Shown here in pieces: positions 28,073 to 37,963 of a stretch of DNA of 58,667 bases (positions are counted from its first letter, which is position 1; the number at the start of each line of letters is the position of its first letter). This stretch comes from an uncultured Christensenellaceae bacterium (GTDB lineage: Bacteria > Bacillota > Clostridia > Christensenellales > DTU072). Made by a program: the position numbers and the translations under genes. The notes under the pieces were generated by a model, which worked only from the letters and a program-made list of their open reading frames with translations, searched no databases and had not been told where the DNA came from. The stretch is from contig CAYZOJ010000002.1 in the NCBI GenBank assembly GCA_964480195.1, positions 1 through 58,667 of the forward strand. Direction: 5' to 3'.

Positions 28073-29488
28073 TTATCTTGCCGGATATTTCCCCGATGAA
28101 GGCGAGCGCGAACCCGCTTTGGCGATTTTGCCTTTGGTTTTCTTTTCCGCTCTGGGATCTCCGGGTTGACCCGCCTTGGTGGGCTTGCTGTTACCCGCAT
28201 AGGTATGAGGCTTGTTGCCCTTCGGAACGTAAGCGACGGTTTGAGCGGGACGGTTACGGAAGAAGAACGGAAGGAGGATCGTTACAAACGGGAGCACGAG
28301 AAGGATGGGGAACATCATATTGAATACGATGTTGATGCCTGCTCCGCCACGGAAGTCGGTAAAGCTCGTCGTAAAGTAATTGGAAAGAGCCGTCGAAACG
28401 CCTTCGCTCGAAAGTTCGGTAAGTTCAAGGAACGCGGGACACAGTAGCGTCAAAATACCGCATATCAATATGAACAAGGGAATGACGTGGACGCGCCTCG
28501 AAGTGTAGCTGAACAATCTGCCGATGTTGATGAGTATCTCGATTACGCAGAGGATTATGGTAAGGCAGAGGAAAACGATAGTGCCGTAAGTGGCTATATG
28601 TTTTACTATCTTCAATCCGTCGTAATCGCCGTTCTCGTCCTTTTCGATTTTGATATCGTCGGCGCGGTCGCGCATATAGCGGAGGTAATACCAGCTCTTG
28701 CCTTGCATCGCGTCGAGATTTTCGATGATGTCGATACGGTCTTCGCTGAGCATAGGCGTACGGAAGAGCGCTTTAACGACGTCAAACACGGTGATGTCGA
28801 TAGCCACCATTCCGAGGTCTTCGCAGAGCCAAACGCTTTCAGGCTCGGTGTAGTCGTCGTAATGGAACTTTTCGCCCTGAACGAGTTCGTATTCGACGTA
28901 GTCGTAAATACCCTTAGGCCAATCGCCGTCGTTGGGGACTTGGAAGTCCAGCACGCCTTTTTCCAGTTTGATGTAGCCGATGGAAGAAAGCGACATATAC
29001 GTGTCGTCGGTGCTGAGCGAAAGCTCGATGTTCGAGAGGGTGTCCGTCGAAATGAAAGCGGAGCTCAAAAGAACGCCGAGGAACGCGATGATAAGAATCA
29101 AAGAAATTATCGGACACAGCGCGCCGAAATAGCGCGTGCGAGAGAAGTAGGCGTCGAAGTCGAAGTTGACGTCGGCGTACGCGTCGGCGTATTTACCGAG
29201 TTTCTTTTCTCTTTTATTGCGTTCGGCGGTGTTGTAAAGACTATGCGACTTTAATTCCTGCGCGAGGATATTGGGGTCGTAGTCACTGCGCTCCACCTTG
29301 TCGAGAAGCTCTTTGTACTGTTTGCGTCTTGCTTTGAGCCTTGCGCGGGCATAGGGCGAATCGCATTCTTTGATGTCGTACCTGAGCTCTGCAATTTTGC
29401 GTTTGAGCAAGTCGATGAGGACGGCTTCGTCGTGCTCTGTCCAGCTTGCCGTAAACATTTTTGCCGTAGTTAAGGGTGCTTGTGCCAT
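28073..29488 (-). CDS. Hypothetical multi-pass membrane protein with a basic, Lys/Pro/Gly-rich C-terminal tail
   Basis: 471 aa. SD is AGGAGAG. It has a cytoplasmic helical N-terminus, a TM helix, a roughly 130-aa loop domain, at least 4 further TM helices, and the tail KGNKPHTYAGNSKPTKAGQPGDPRAEKKTKGKIAKAG. Confidence 0.75.
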   Translation of the reverse strand: MAQAPLTTAKMFTASWTEHDEAVLIDLLKRKIAELRYDIKECDSPYARARLKARRKQYKELLDKVERSDYDPNILAQELKSHSLYNTAERNKREKKLGKYADAYADVNFDFDAYFSRTRYFGALCPIISLILIIAFLGVLLSSAFISTDTLSNIELSLSTDDTYMSLSSIGYIKLEKGVLDFQVPNDGDWPKGIYDYVEYELVQGEKFHYDDYTEPESVWLCEDLGMVAIDITVFDVVKALFRTPMLSEDRIDIIENLDAMQGKSWYYLRYMRDRADDIKIEKDENGDYDGLKIVKHIATYGTIVFLCLTIILCVIEILINIGRLFSYTSRRVHVIPLFILICGILTLLCPAFLELTELSSEGVSTALSNYFTTSFTDFRGGAGINIVFNMMFPILLVLPFVTILLPFFFRNRPAQTVAYVPKGNKPHTYAGNSKPTKAGQPGDPRAEKKTKGKIAKAGSRSPSSGKYPAR

Positions 29489-29646
29489 TTTACTCTCCTA
29501 TAGCGTGCGTACGTAAACGCGCGTACGCGGATACACTTATAAACAGTATACAATAACTTAAACGCTATTTCAAGACTATATCAAAAAATTTCAAAAATTT
29601 CCGTTAAATTTTCCGTCGAGTGTCGTGCGGAGTGCCTCCGTATAAA

Positions 29647-29675
29647 CTTAAGACCGCCTTTTCGGCGGTCTTAAG
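29647..29675 (-). terminator. Hairpin downstream of ychF
   Basis: CTTAAGACCGCC-TTTTC-GGCGGTCTTAAG perfect 12-bp stem. The T-tract on the minus strand is weak. Confidence 0.5.
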
Positions 29676-29682
29676 GGATTGC

Positions 29683-30768
29683 TTAGACGTTAAAGCGGAA
29701 CAAGACGACGTCGCCTTCGCGCATTACGTAGTCCTTGCCTTCGCTTCGGACCTTACCGCGTTCTTTTGCGACGTTGAACGAACCGCATTCCAAAAGCGTG
29801 TCGCAATCGACAATTTCCGCGCGAATGAAACCGCGTTCGAAATCGGTATGTATTTTGCCTGCCGCTTGCGGAGCTTTGGTGCCGACAGGTATCGTCCAGG
29901 CGCGGGTTTCTTTTTCGCCGGCGGTAAGGAAGCTCATAAGCCCCAAAAGACGATAGGAGCTCTTTATGAGTTGGTCAAGACCGGAGCAGGAAATGCCGAG
30001 TTCGGACATGAACAATTCGCGCTCGTCTTCGGGCATCGAACGGAGCTCGGCTTCGGTTTCGGCACAGAGCACGATGACCTCACTGCCTTCTTTTTCCGCG
30101 TGGGCTTTTACCTCTTTGACCATATCGTTGTCGGGGTCGTCGCCGTCCGAAACGTTCGCGCAGTAGATAACTTTTTTGGTTGTCAAAAGATAAAGGCTGT
30201 CGACGTATTCTTTTTCTTCGGGGGTGAGTTCGACCGTCCTTGCGCACTTGCCCGCGGACAGCGCGTCAAATACTTTTTGCTGTATTTCAAGCTCTGCAAG
30301 ATACTTTTTGTCCCCGCCTTTCATTGCCGTGCGAGTTTTGTCCATACGGCGAGTTAAGGTATCCAAATCCGAGAGTATGAGTTCCAAATCTATCGTTTCG
30401 ATGTCGCGAAGAGGAGATATGCTTCCGTCAACGTGAGTGATGTTTTCGTTTTGGAAACAGCGTACGACGTGTACGAGCGCGTCTACCTCTCTGATGTGGG
30501 AAAGGAACTTGTTGCCGAGTCCTTCGCCTTTGCTTGCGCCCTTGACGAGTCCCGCGATGTCCACGAATTCTATTGTCGTGTAAACTATGCGTTTGCAGTT
30601 GTAAAGAGATGCGAGTTTAGGCAGTCTTTCGTCCGGGACCTGAACTATTCCGACGTTCGGTTCGATCGTGCAGAAAGGGTAGTTTGCGACTTCCGCTTTT
30701 GCCGAAGTCAACGCGTTGAAGAGTGTGCTTTTGCCTACGTTTGGTAAGCCGAGAATACCGAGTTTCAT
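29683..30768 (-). CDS. ychF: Redox-regulated ribosome-binding ATPase YchF (OLA1 family)
   Basis: [50 protein letters not shown] and the C-terminal TGS-like FIRAE...GK.Y.V.DGDV motif. Confidence 0.95.
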   Translation of the reverse strand: MKLGILGLPNVGKSTLFNALTSAKAEVANYPFCTIEPNVGIVQVPDERLPKLASLYNCKRIVYTTIEFVDIAGLVKGASKGEGLGNKFLSHIREVDALVHVVRCFQNENITHVDGSISPLRDIETIDLELILSDLDTLTRRMDKTRTAMKGGDKKYLAELEIQQKVFDALSAGKCARTVELTPEEKEYVDSLYLLTTKKVIYCANVSDGDDPDNDMVKEVKAHAEKEGSEVIVLCAETEAELRSMPEDERELFMSELGISCSGLDQLIKSSYRLLGLMSFLTAGEKETRAWTIPVGTKAPQAAGKIHTDFERGFIRAEIVDCDTLLECGSFNVAKERGKVRSEGKDYVMREGDVVLFRFNV

Positions 30769-30777
30769 TTTGCTCCT

Positions 30778-31404
30778 TTATTCGCCCTTTCGGGTTAAGT
30801 AGATCTTTTTAAGTTTGCTTTTTGCCGTCGTCAAGGCGTTGTCGACGGACTTGATGTTTATGCCGAGTTTTTCGGCTATCGCGGGATAGGGGTAGCCTTC
30901 GAGATAGAGTTCCAATACCGAGTACTGCTTTTTTGAGAGTACGGCGCGCGTTTGTTCGTAAAACTTGTTATCGTCGTCTTCGCTGATATAGGCGGCGAGG
31001 GGGTCGTTTGAGGCAAGTGCGTCGGCATATTTTTCTTCGGCGCTGTCGTCGAAAACTATCGAGTCGGCGGTGTTCAGTACGACGTTTTTATTGCTGTTGT
31101 ACGCGCGCATTACGTCTTTTACTTTGTTCGCGATGCAAGCCGTCGCAAAAACGATGAACGGTTTGCCTTTTTCGGTCGAGTAGCCGTATACCGCGTTGAT
31201 GAACCCGAGGGTGCCTTCTTGTATGAGGTCGTTGGAATCTCCTCCGCTACGGATTTGATATTTTAAGGACTGCTTGCGTATCAAACCGCGGTAACGCACG
31301 ATGAGAGCTTCCAGCGCGACGGAGTTCCCGTTTTTTGCAAGAGCGATGAGCTCGTCGTCGGACATTTCGCCAGTCGGACGGCTGTTTAGAGTTAATTCAG
31401 ACAT
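30778..31404 (-). CDS. sigH: Sigma-70 family sigma factor, SigH-like
   Basis: Region 2 (DLIQEGTLGFINAVYGY) and region 4 (LSKKQYSVLELYLEGYPYPAIAEKLGINIKSVDNALTTAKSKLKK) resemble Bacillus SigH. Its position downstream of mrnC-rlmB is the conserved Firmicutes context. Confidence 0.75.
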   Translation of the reverse strand: MSELTLNSRPTGEMSDDELIALAKNGNSVALEALIVRYRGLIRKQSLKYQIRSGGDSNDLIQEGTLGFINAVYGYSTEKGKPFIVFATACIANKVKDVMRAYNSNKNVVLNTADSIVFDDSAEEKYADALASNDPLAAYISEDDDNKFYEQTRAVLSKKQYSVLELYLEGYPYPAIAEKLGINIKSVDNALTTAKSKLKKIYLTRKGE

Positions 31405-31423
31405 AAATTCCTCCTTTGTAAAT

Positions 31424-32149
31424 TTATTTATTGCGTTGGCGCACGGCTTCGTAGGTAACTATTCCGCACGCAACGGACGCGTTGAGCGAGTTGACTTTAC
31501 CCAAAAGGGGTATCGAAATAACGCCGTCGCACAGTTTGCGAGTGAGTTCGTGTACGCCGAAGCCCTCGCTTCCTATGACGATTGCCACGTCGCCTTCGAG
31601 GTTGACCCTATACATAGGTTCTCCGTCCATATCCGCCGCGAAAACGAAAACGCCGACGCTCTTAAGATAACGTATCGCGTCGTTCATATTGCCGACTTTG
31701 GCGACTTTGACGTGGGCGGAAGCGCCCGCGCTTACTCTTACGACGGTATCCGATACGCCGACACCGCGACGTTTGGGGACGACTACGCCGGAAGCTCCGG
31801 CACAATCTGCAACGCGGATTACCGCGCCGAGGTTATGAGGATCTTCGACGCCGTCCAAAAGAATGAGCAGGAGGTCTTTGCCCTCCGCGCGAGTGTCGTT
31901 TACGATGTCTTCGAGTTCGAAGTATTTGTACTCCGTCGTAACAGCCAAAACGCCTTGATGTTTGCCGGTGGGGCTCATCTTGTCGAGGACCTCTTTTTCG
32001 GCAAAAGTAACCTTGACGCCGGACTTGCGCGCGGTGGCTACAATGCGATTGACGGGCTCGGAAAAGTCGCCCTTTCTTACGTATAAATTTTCGACCGTTG
32101 TTTCGGAAGAGAGTGCTTCCATTACGGCGTTTCTGCCTTCGATTATCAT
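31424..32149 (-). CDS. rlmB: 23S rRNA (guanosine-2'-O)-methyltransferase RlmB (SpoU/TrmH group 3)
   Basis: IEGRNAVMEAL N-terminal domain plus SPOUT motifs LLDGVEDPHNLGAVIRVA, IVIGSEGFGV and IPLLGKVNSLNASVACGI. Confidence 0.85.
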   Translation of the reverse strand: MIIEGRNAVMEALSSETTVENLYVRKGDFSEPVNRIVATARKSGVKVTFAEKEVLDKMSPTGKHQGVLAVTTEYKYFELEDIVNDTRAEGKDLLLILLDGVEDPHNLGAVIRVADCAGASGVVVPKRRGVGVSDTVVRVSAGASAHVKVAKVGNMNDAIRYLKSVGVFVFAADMDGEPMYRVNLEGDVAIVIGSEGFGVHELTRKLCDGVISIPLLGKVNSLNASVACGIVTYEAVRQRNK

Positions 32150-32197
32150 TTTTAATTCCTCTCAAATATATCGTTTCGGGTATCCGAATTGTGAGTT

Positions 32198-32623
32198 TCA
32201 GATACCGTCAGTGTGGTTATATGCATAGTCCAAAATTTCCTGCAATCGCTCCGAGCGACCGGTGAGATAGAGGTAACCGATGAGCCCCTCGAACCCCGAC
32301 GCGAGTTTGTAGTCGACGGCGGAAGCGTGTTTTGCCATGGTGTTTTGTCTTGCGTTGCGACAGCGTTTGAAGACGCTTTCCTCTTCTTCCGTAAATATCG
32401 GTTCGGCGTTTTTGACGGCTTGCGCTTGCGCCGAGGCGTTGACTTCTTTGGACGCGAGTACGTGGAGAAGTCCCGTTTTGGCGTCGGACTCTTCGGTAAG
32501 GCGGGTGCGAACGTAAAGCGTTTGCACCGCGTCGCCTATGAACGATAGCGCGGTGGGCGTCATCCTGCCTGCTTTTTCGGCGGATACGGCTTCGGGAATT
32601 ACGGGAACAGAGAATTTTTCCAT
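32198..32623 (-). CDS. mrnC: Mini-ribonuclease 3
   Basis: LSFIGDAVQTLYVR (RNase III signature-like). 141 aa. Located upstream of rlmB as in other Firmicutes. Confidence 0.85.
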   Translation of the reverse strand: MEKFSVPVIPEAVSAEKAGRMTPTALSFIGDAVQTLYVRTRLTEESDAKTGLLHVLASKEVNASAQAQAVKNAEPIFTEEEESVFKRCRNARQNTMAKHASAVDYKLASGFEGLIGYLYLTGRSERLQEILDYAYNHTDGI

Positions 32624-32725
32624 TCAATCATTATAGCACTTATCGCAAGCAAACACAAGGGAAATAAAAAAGACGTCGAATTTGACCGTTTTCGCGTAGC
32701 GCGCGGAATGCGCGCAAAATAAAAC

Positions 32726-32754
32726 TTGACAAATATATTAAAGCGGTGTATGCT
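32726..32754 (+). promoter_or_regulatory. Candidate promoter of the transglutaminase-lipoprotein operon
   Basis: TTGACA, 17 nt, TATGCT (preceded by TG), about 40 nt upstream of ATG 32794. Confidence 0.55.
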
Positions 32755-32793
32755 TTTTATAAGTATGCGCGTATGCGCTTTTAACGGAGTAAT

Positions 32794-35760
32794 ATGAAAA
32801 AGTTTCGCCTGACAATTTATCTGCTCGTATTAACGTTGCTCCTCACGGCAGGAGCTCTCATCGGTTGTACCTCGGACGGAGGAACTTCTTCCTCGGCAAA
32901 AGACGCCGCAACGTCGATACAGGTTGTCGAAACACACGTTTATCTTGCTCCGGAGGGCGATCCGAGCACGTATGCTTTGCAACCTACCGTTTTCCCGTTG
33001 GAAACGGCAAGTCAGGACGTTTACTACCGTTTGTCCGACTCCAAAGACAGAGAGTATCTCAACGTAAGCTCGGACGGTATTTTACAAGCAAAAAAACTCA
33101 AAACGGACGAAGAGGGTAACAACGTCGATATAGTCGTTCGCGTCATAAGCGCGGTTACTCCGTCCGTATACGTAGACGTTACGGTTACCATAGAAGTCGT
33201 GGCTGTCGAAAGAATTACTTTCTCTCCCCAAACCGTCATCGTCGAGTTGCAGTCCCCGGGCGTACAGCTTAGTCCCGTATTTTATCCGTCGCACGCGATT
33301 ACCGGACGTAACGTTTCGTACTCGTCGGACGACAGAAGCATCGCTACCGTAAACTCCTCCGGTTTCGTAACTCCTCGCGGTATAGGTAAAGTCGCGATTT
33401 GGGTCAAAACTCCCGTTCAGGAAGCTTTCGGCACGCCCGTTACCGGCGTCGTATACGTCGACGTCAGATACTCCGAACTCAATTACAGAATGGATCTTAC
33501 CTCGTCGCCGTCCACTCTCAATCAGATAGTCGGGCAAGCGGAAGAGATAAGCTTCGTTCTTAATAGGCTTAATTCGATTTGCGATCCTTCGCCGTCGATT
33601 ACTTGGTACGTCAATACGTCCACGATAAACGAAGTCGGCGTCAAGGACAGCAAGATTTTGAACTACACCCCCTCGACGCTCCCCGCGGGCGAGTATTATA
33701 TCAGGGCGGTGCTTTCCAACAACACTCAGCGCAAGGAACTCGTTTCCGATATGTTACGGATGTATAATCCCCTCGACGTCATAAACGCGGACATAATCAA
33801 CGAGGAAAGCGAGTTCGCGGTAGGCGATATTGCCAAGATACTGGTAACTTTCGGCAGCGATAAGTATCCGCCGGAAAGCTATCGTTGGACAATAAACCGT
33901 CCGGACGGCAAGACCGAGTCGATAGACAAAGAGCGCGCGGAGCAAAATTCGTCGCTCGGCGTAGTAGGCGATTTGAATTACGCGTTCGATATGGCGGGCG
34001 TTTATACGATCACCGCGGAAGCCGTCGTAAAGGGCGGACTTTCGGGAGTGAAGAGTTCTCCCATAACGGTTACCGTCGGCGAAGCACCCGAAATCGTCGA
34101 TTTATACAATCTCTACATTGACGGTATCGTTACCGACAACGGCTACGCGCCGACCGTCAACTGGGACGCTCTCCCGTACGCGACCGATTATTCCGTCGAG
34201 ATACGCGTTGGCGGAGAGGACGGCGTCGTTCATTCGCTCAATTCCGTCGCTCAGCCGACGTCTTTTGGTGCAAATTATGTGATTATTCCCTCCGAAATTG
34301 CGGATTTCGATACCGATTTTGAAGTTCGCGTCAAAACCTCGGGCTATGCTTGGACGGAGACAATTAAATACGAAGCAAGCTCGATTACCGCCGACGTTTA
34401 CGAATACTTTAACGTTTTAATAGGCGATTATAACGCGTACATCGCGAATGTCGAAGAACTCGGAACGCTATTGAACTATTTGTGCGTTTTCCGTCCCGAC
34501 GAGCTCAAAGCGCCCAAGTCGGAAGACACGTACGAATTTACCGTGTATATTCCGTTTGCGTACGAAGACTTGCCCGAGGGCGTATATCCGGTAAACGATA
34601 GCGACGTTCCCTCGAGAGATGAGGTCTCTTACGTCAACGCATACGATCTTGTTATCGCGTCTATGCGCGCTTATGCCGAATCTTCGGCGTTCTCGCTCGG
34701 GTTCTCGTCTGCGGAAGTGCGCGGAGCCACTAAAATACAGATTAGATTCAACACGGACGTCGAGCCGTCCGTTATCACCGAATACGATGCCGTCGCGGAC
34801 GCGGAATATAAATATTCAGACCCGGAATTTGCCGGAACCGCCGGCGGTACGGGCAGGGTAAGAGAACTTGCCGTGGACGCTTTGGAACGCGAAATTTCCG
34901 TAACGACAAGCAATCAATTATACTTTGCTATAGCCGAGGGCTACAAGCCCGTTCCCGTAGAGGGAAGCACTGCGGAACGCATATACGACAGCGCGCGCAA
35001 CGTTATTTACGGCGTAACGACGTCGGAGATGAGCGCGACCGACAAAGCTCTCAATTTATACAGATGGCTTTCGCTCAACGTCGTTTACGATTACAAGCTT
35101 TCGGCGAGCGATAAGACGGATTTGGGCGACAATGAAGCTTTCTATCTCGAAGGCGTATTCGATAACGGTCTTGCCGTTTGTGACGGTATTGCAAAGGCGT
35201 ACGCGATGTTACTGCGTATGGACGGCGTACCCGCTTACAAAGTGTGCGGAACAACGAACGACGGCATGGGACACGCTTGGAACAAAATGCTTATAGACGG
35301 CGGTTGGGTCGGCGCGGACGTTACTTGGAGCAATTACGGCGTTTCGATAGGCACCGACGTAGTCGAAAAATTAGAACTTTTAAGTTACGATTATTTTGCG
35401 GTTACTGACGAAGATCTCGATGTTTCGCATAACACCTACGGCATATATCCTTCCGCCGTAACGAGTGCCGGAAATTACGCTTACACTTTAAGTATCGGCA
35501 ACGGTTACGACCTTATAACCGATTCCGACGCCGAACTCGAATACCAAGTATGCACCTACCTTAAAAAGTATGCGGAAGAGAACGGCGACGCGTGGATCGG
35601 ACTGTCGGTTTCCGAAGACTATGTCGAGGCAAACGGCGGAGTACTCGGCGGTGCGTACGGTGAAATCAATAATAAAATCGCTTCGTATGCAATCGAAGGC
35701 TATGTCGCGGAAACATACAGAAACGGCAACATAATTTACGTAAGACTCAAAAGGAGCTGA
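32794..35760 (+). CDS. Large surface lipoprotein: Ig-like (Big_2-type) repeats plus a C-terminal transglutaminase-like cysteine protease core
   Basis: Signal peptide plus lipobox (LLTAGALIGC). Big_2-like segments (ITFSPQTVIVELQSPGVQLSPVFYP...VSYSSDDRSIATVNSSGFVTPRGIGKVAIWV). Transglutaminase core CDGIAKAYAMLLRMDGVPAYKVCG...GHAWNKMLIDGGWVGADVTW (Cys-His-Asp). Confidence 0.85.
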   Translation: MKKFRLTIYLLVLTLLLTAGALIGCTSDGGTSSSAKDAATSIQVVETHVYLAPEGDPSTYALQPTVFPLETASQDVYYRLSDSKDREYLNVSSDGILQAKKLKTDEEGNNVDIVVRVISAVTPSVYVDVTVTIEVVAVERITFSPQTVIVELQSPGVQLSPVFYPSHAITGRNVSYSSDDRSIATVNSSGFVTPRGIGKVAIWVKTPVQEAFGTPVTGVVYVDVRYSELNYRMDLTSSPSTLNQIVGQAEEISFVLNRLNSICDPSPSITWYVNTSTINEVGVKDSKILNYTPSTLPAGEYYIRAVLSNNTQRKELVSDMLRMYNPLDVINADIINEESEFAVGDIAKILVTFGSDKYPPESYRWTINRPDGKTESIDKERAEQNSSLGVVGDLNYAFDMAGVYTITAEAVVKGGLSGVKSSPITVTVGEAPEIVDLYNLYIDGIVTDNGYAPTVNWDALPYATDYSVEIRVGGEDGVVHSLNSVAQPTSFGANYVIIPSEIADFDTDFEVRVKTSGYAWTETIKYEASSITADVYEYFNVLIGDYNAYIANVEELGTLLNYLCVFRPDELKAPKSEDTYEFTVYIPFAYEDLPEGVYPVNDSDVPSRDEVSYVNAYDLVIASMRAYAESSAFSLGFSSAEVRGATKIQIRFNTDVEPSVITEYDAVADAEYKYSDPEFAGTAGGTGRVRELAVDALEREISVTTSNQLYFAIAEGYKPVPVEGSTAERIYDSARNVIYGVTTSEMSATDKALNLYRWLSLNVVYDYKLSASDKTDLGDNEAFYLEGVFDNGLAVCDGIAKAYAMLLRMDGVPAYKVCGTTNDGMGHAWNKMLIDGGWVGADVTWSNYGVSIGTDVVEKLELLSYDYFAVTDEDLDVSHNTYGIYPSAVTSAGNYAYTLSIGNGYDLITDSDAELEYQVCTYLKKYAEENGDAWIGLSVSEDYVEANGGVLGGAYGEINNKIASYAIEGYVAETYRNGNIIYVRLKRS

Positions 35761-35762
35761 AA

Positions 35763-36602
35763 ATGGAATACAAAATAGGCAGTTGTTTTTTAGGAAGAAC
35801 GCTCGAACTCACCGATGGTAAAATCGAAATCGGCGTAACGCTTGACGTCGGACCGAGAATTATCAAACTCAACAAAATCGGTTCGGAGTCGATTATGTAC
35901 GAAGACGTGGCGGAATCCGTTACGCGCGACGTTTCCGCAGAGTACGGAGAGGGCAAAATGTGGCGCATTTTCGGCGGGCACCGTATATGGTTGTCGCCCG
36001 AAGATAACACCACTTATTACCCCGATTGCACGCCCGTAGACTATGAAATTACGTCTGACGGCGCAATCTTTACCCCGAAAGCGTGGGAGGAAAGAGGCGT
36101 AGCGCCGAGTCTTGAAATAGTAATGCGCGGTAACGGCGAACTCGACGTCGTAATGCGTATGAAAAACATCGGCGGGGAAACGCGCAGACTTTGCGTGTGG
36201 GCGCTCACCGTCCTTAAAGTGGGAAGCGTGGTTACCGTGCCTCTCTCGACAGAGGATACGGGCTTCCTTGCCAACAGAAACATCGTACTTTGGCACTATA
36301 ACGACGTTCACGACGAGAGATTTACTCTCGACAACGACAAGTTCGTTTTGCGCGGTACGCCCGACGCGGAGGGTCCGTTCAAGGTCGGTACTTGGCTCAA
36401 ACACGTTAAGGCGGAGTACCGCTACAAGGATACTCTCTTTATAAAAGAAACGGAAGGACTCGCGGGGGACGCTCCCGACTTTTGTTGCAATATGGAAACT
36501 TACACCAACCGCTATATACACGAAGTCGAAACGCTTTCGCCCATACGCGACGTTGCGCCCGGTGAAACTCTCGTTCACGTCGAGAAGTGGACCGTAAGAT
36601 AG
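35763..36602 (+). CDS. Hypothetical beta-sandwich protein, aldose-epimerase/DUF4380-like (assigned by eye)
   Basis: 279 aa. It starts 2 nt after the upstream stop. The motif FGGHRIWLSPED is reminiscent of the DUF4380/mutarotase-like family. Confidence 0.7.
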   Translation: MEYKIGSCFLGRTLELTDGKIEIGVTLDVGPRIIKLNKIGSESIMYEDVAESVTRDVSAEYGEGKMWRIFGGHRIWLSPEDNTTYYPDCTPVDYEITSDGAIFTPKAWEERGVAPSLEIVMRGNGELDVVMRMKNIGGETRRLCVWALTVLKVGSVVTVPLSTEDTGFLANRNIVLWHYNDVHDERFTLDNDKFVLRGTPDAEGPFKVGTWLKHVKAEYRYKDTLFIKETEGLAGDAPDFCCNMETYTNRYIHEVETLSPIRDVAPGETLVHVEKWTVR

Positions 36603-36624
36603 TTTAATTTTGTTCGGAGGCTAT

Positions 36625-37953
36625 ATGCTGGACCGCGGATACGTACCGATGTATCTATATCAAAAACGTTTTTTAGAAGGTTTGTCGCATACCGCGCATA
36701 AACCTTTTGTTTTATCTCTCGAACGCGGAGAGGGCGAATACGAGAGATACGAAACCGCTCTTTACGCGGTCGGACACGAAGCCGAAAACCTCGAATATGC
36801 CGTTAAAATCGTCAAGACGATGCTCTGGGCATACGGCGGTTATAAGTTCTGTTTAGAGGGCGGAGAAGGCGTTTTAGAAGGGCTTAGAGAGATCTTTTCC
36901 GAGCACGGGGCACGGGCGTTCGATTATAACTTTATGCGCGACGTTTATCTTAAACCGCTTACGTTCGAAGTCGTCGGAGAGGGCGAAGCTCCGCTGACGG
37001 CGTGCAAGGCAAAACCGTCCGCACAAAACGCGACGGGCAGGAAAATCGGGTTCGACGCGGGTGGCTCGGATAGGAAGGTTACCGCGTGCATAAACGGCAG
37101 TTCGGTATACGAAAACGAGACAGTTTGGTTCCCCAAACTCAATAAAGACCCGTCTTATCACGAAGACGGTATTTGCGACAGCATAGACAAAGGGCTGGTT
37201 GCGTTGGGCGGAAAAGTAGACGCGATAGGAGTGTCTACCGCGGGCATTGTCGTAGACGGCGAAGTCAGGGTAGCATCCCTTTTCCGTCTTGTGCCGGACG
37301 AACTTCGCGAGAAGCGGATTCGCCCGATTTATCTTAATCTTTCAAAGAAATACGGGTGTCCCGTGGCTGTTGCCAACGACGGCGACGTAACGGCTCTTGC
37401 AGGTGCTCAGTCGCGCGGTCGCGGTAAGCTCATAGGCATGGCAATGGGCACGAGTCTTGCCGGCGGATACGTGGACGGAGATATGCGCATACGCGGTTGT
37501 CTTAACGAATTCGCGTTCGTGCCGGTGGACGCAAATCCCGAATCCGCGACGGACGAATGGAGCGGAGATAACGGCGTCGGAGTAATGTACCACTCTCAAG
37601 ACGGCGTTATAAAGCTTGCGACGGAAGCGGGTATAGATATGAGCGGAGCGGATTCGCCCGCCGAAAAATTAAAGGTAGTGCAGTCGCTTGCCGAAAAAGA
37701 AGACGAACGCGCGGTAGCGGTGTTCGAGCGTATGGGCGACTACTTCGGATACACCGTGCTTTGGCTCAAACAATTTTACGAAGCCGACGCGGTTATGATG
37801 CTCGGAAGAGTAGCTTCCGGCAGGGGTGGCGACATACTGTTTGCGAGAGCGACGGAAGTCATAAAATCAGAAAACGAAGACGTCGAAATCGTGCTTCCGG
37901 ACGAGATGTCCAGAAGGCTCGGTCAAAGCTATACGGCGTCCGGGTTAATATAA
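36625..37953 (+). CDS. ROK/ASKHA-type sugar kinase-like protein with an extra N-terminal domain of about 130 aa
   Basis: Phosphate-1-like IGFDAGGSDRKV and the ROK-like VANDGDVTALAG. GGAGG SD before ATG 36625 (the track start 36610 is a TTG). Confidence 0.75.
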   Translation: MLDRGYVPMYLYQKRFLEGLSHTAHKPFVLSLERGEGEYERYETALYAVGHEAENLEYAVKIVKTMLWAYGGYKFCLEGGEGVLEGLREIFSEHGARAFDYNFMRDVYLKPLTFEVVGEGEAPLTACKAKPSAQNATGRKIGFDAGGSDRKVTACINGSSVYENETVWFPKLNKDPSYHEDGICDSIDKGLVALGGKVDAIGVSTAGIVVDGEVRVASLFRLVPDELREKRIRPIYLNLSKKYGCPVAVANDGDVTALAGAQSRGRGKLIGMAMGTSLAGGYVDGDMRIRGCLNEFAFVPVDANPESATDEWSGDNGVGVMYHSQDGVIKLATEAGIDMSGADSPAEKLKVVQSLAEKEDERAVAVFERMGDYFGYTVLWLKQFYEADAVMMLGRVASGRGGDILFARATEVIKSENEDVEIVLPDEMSRRLGQSYTASGLI

Positions 37954-37963
37954 AGGAGAGCAT

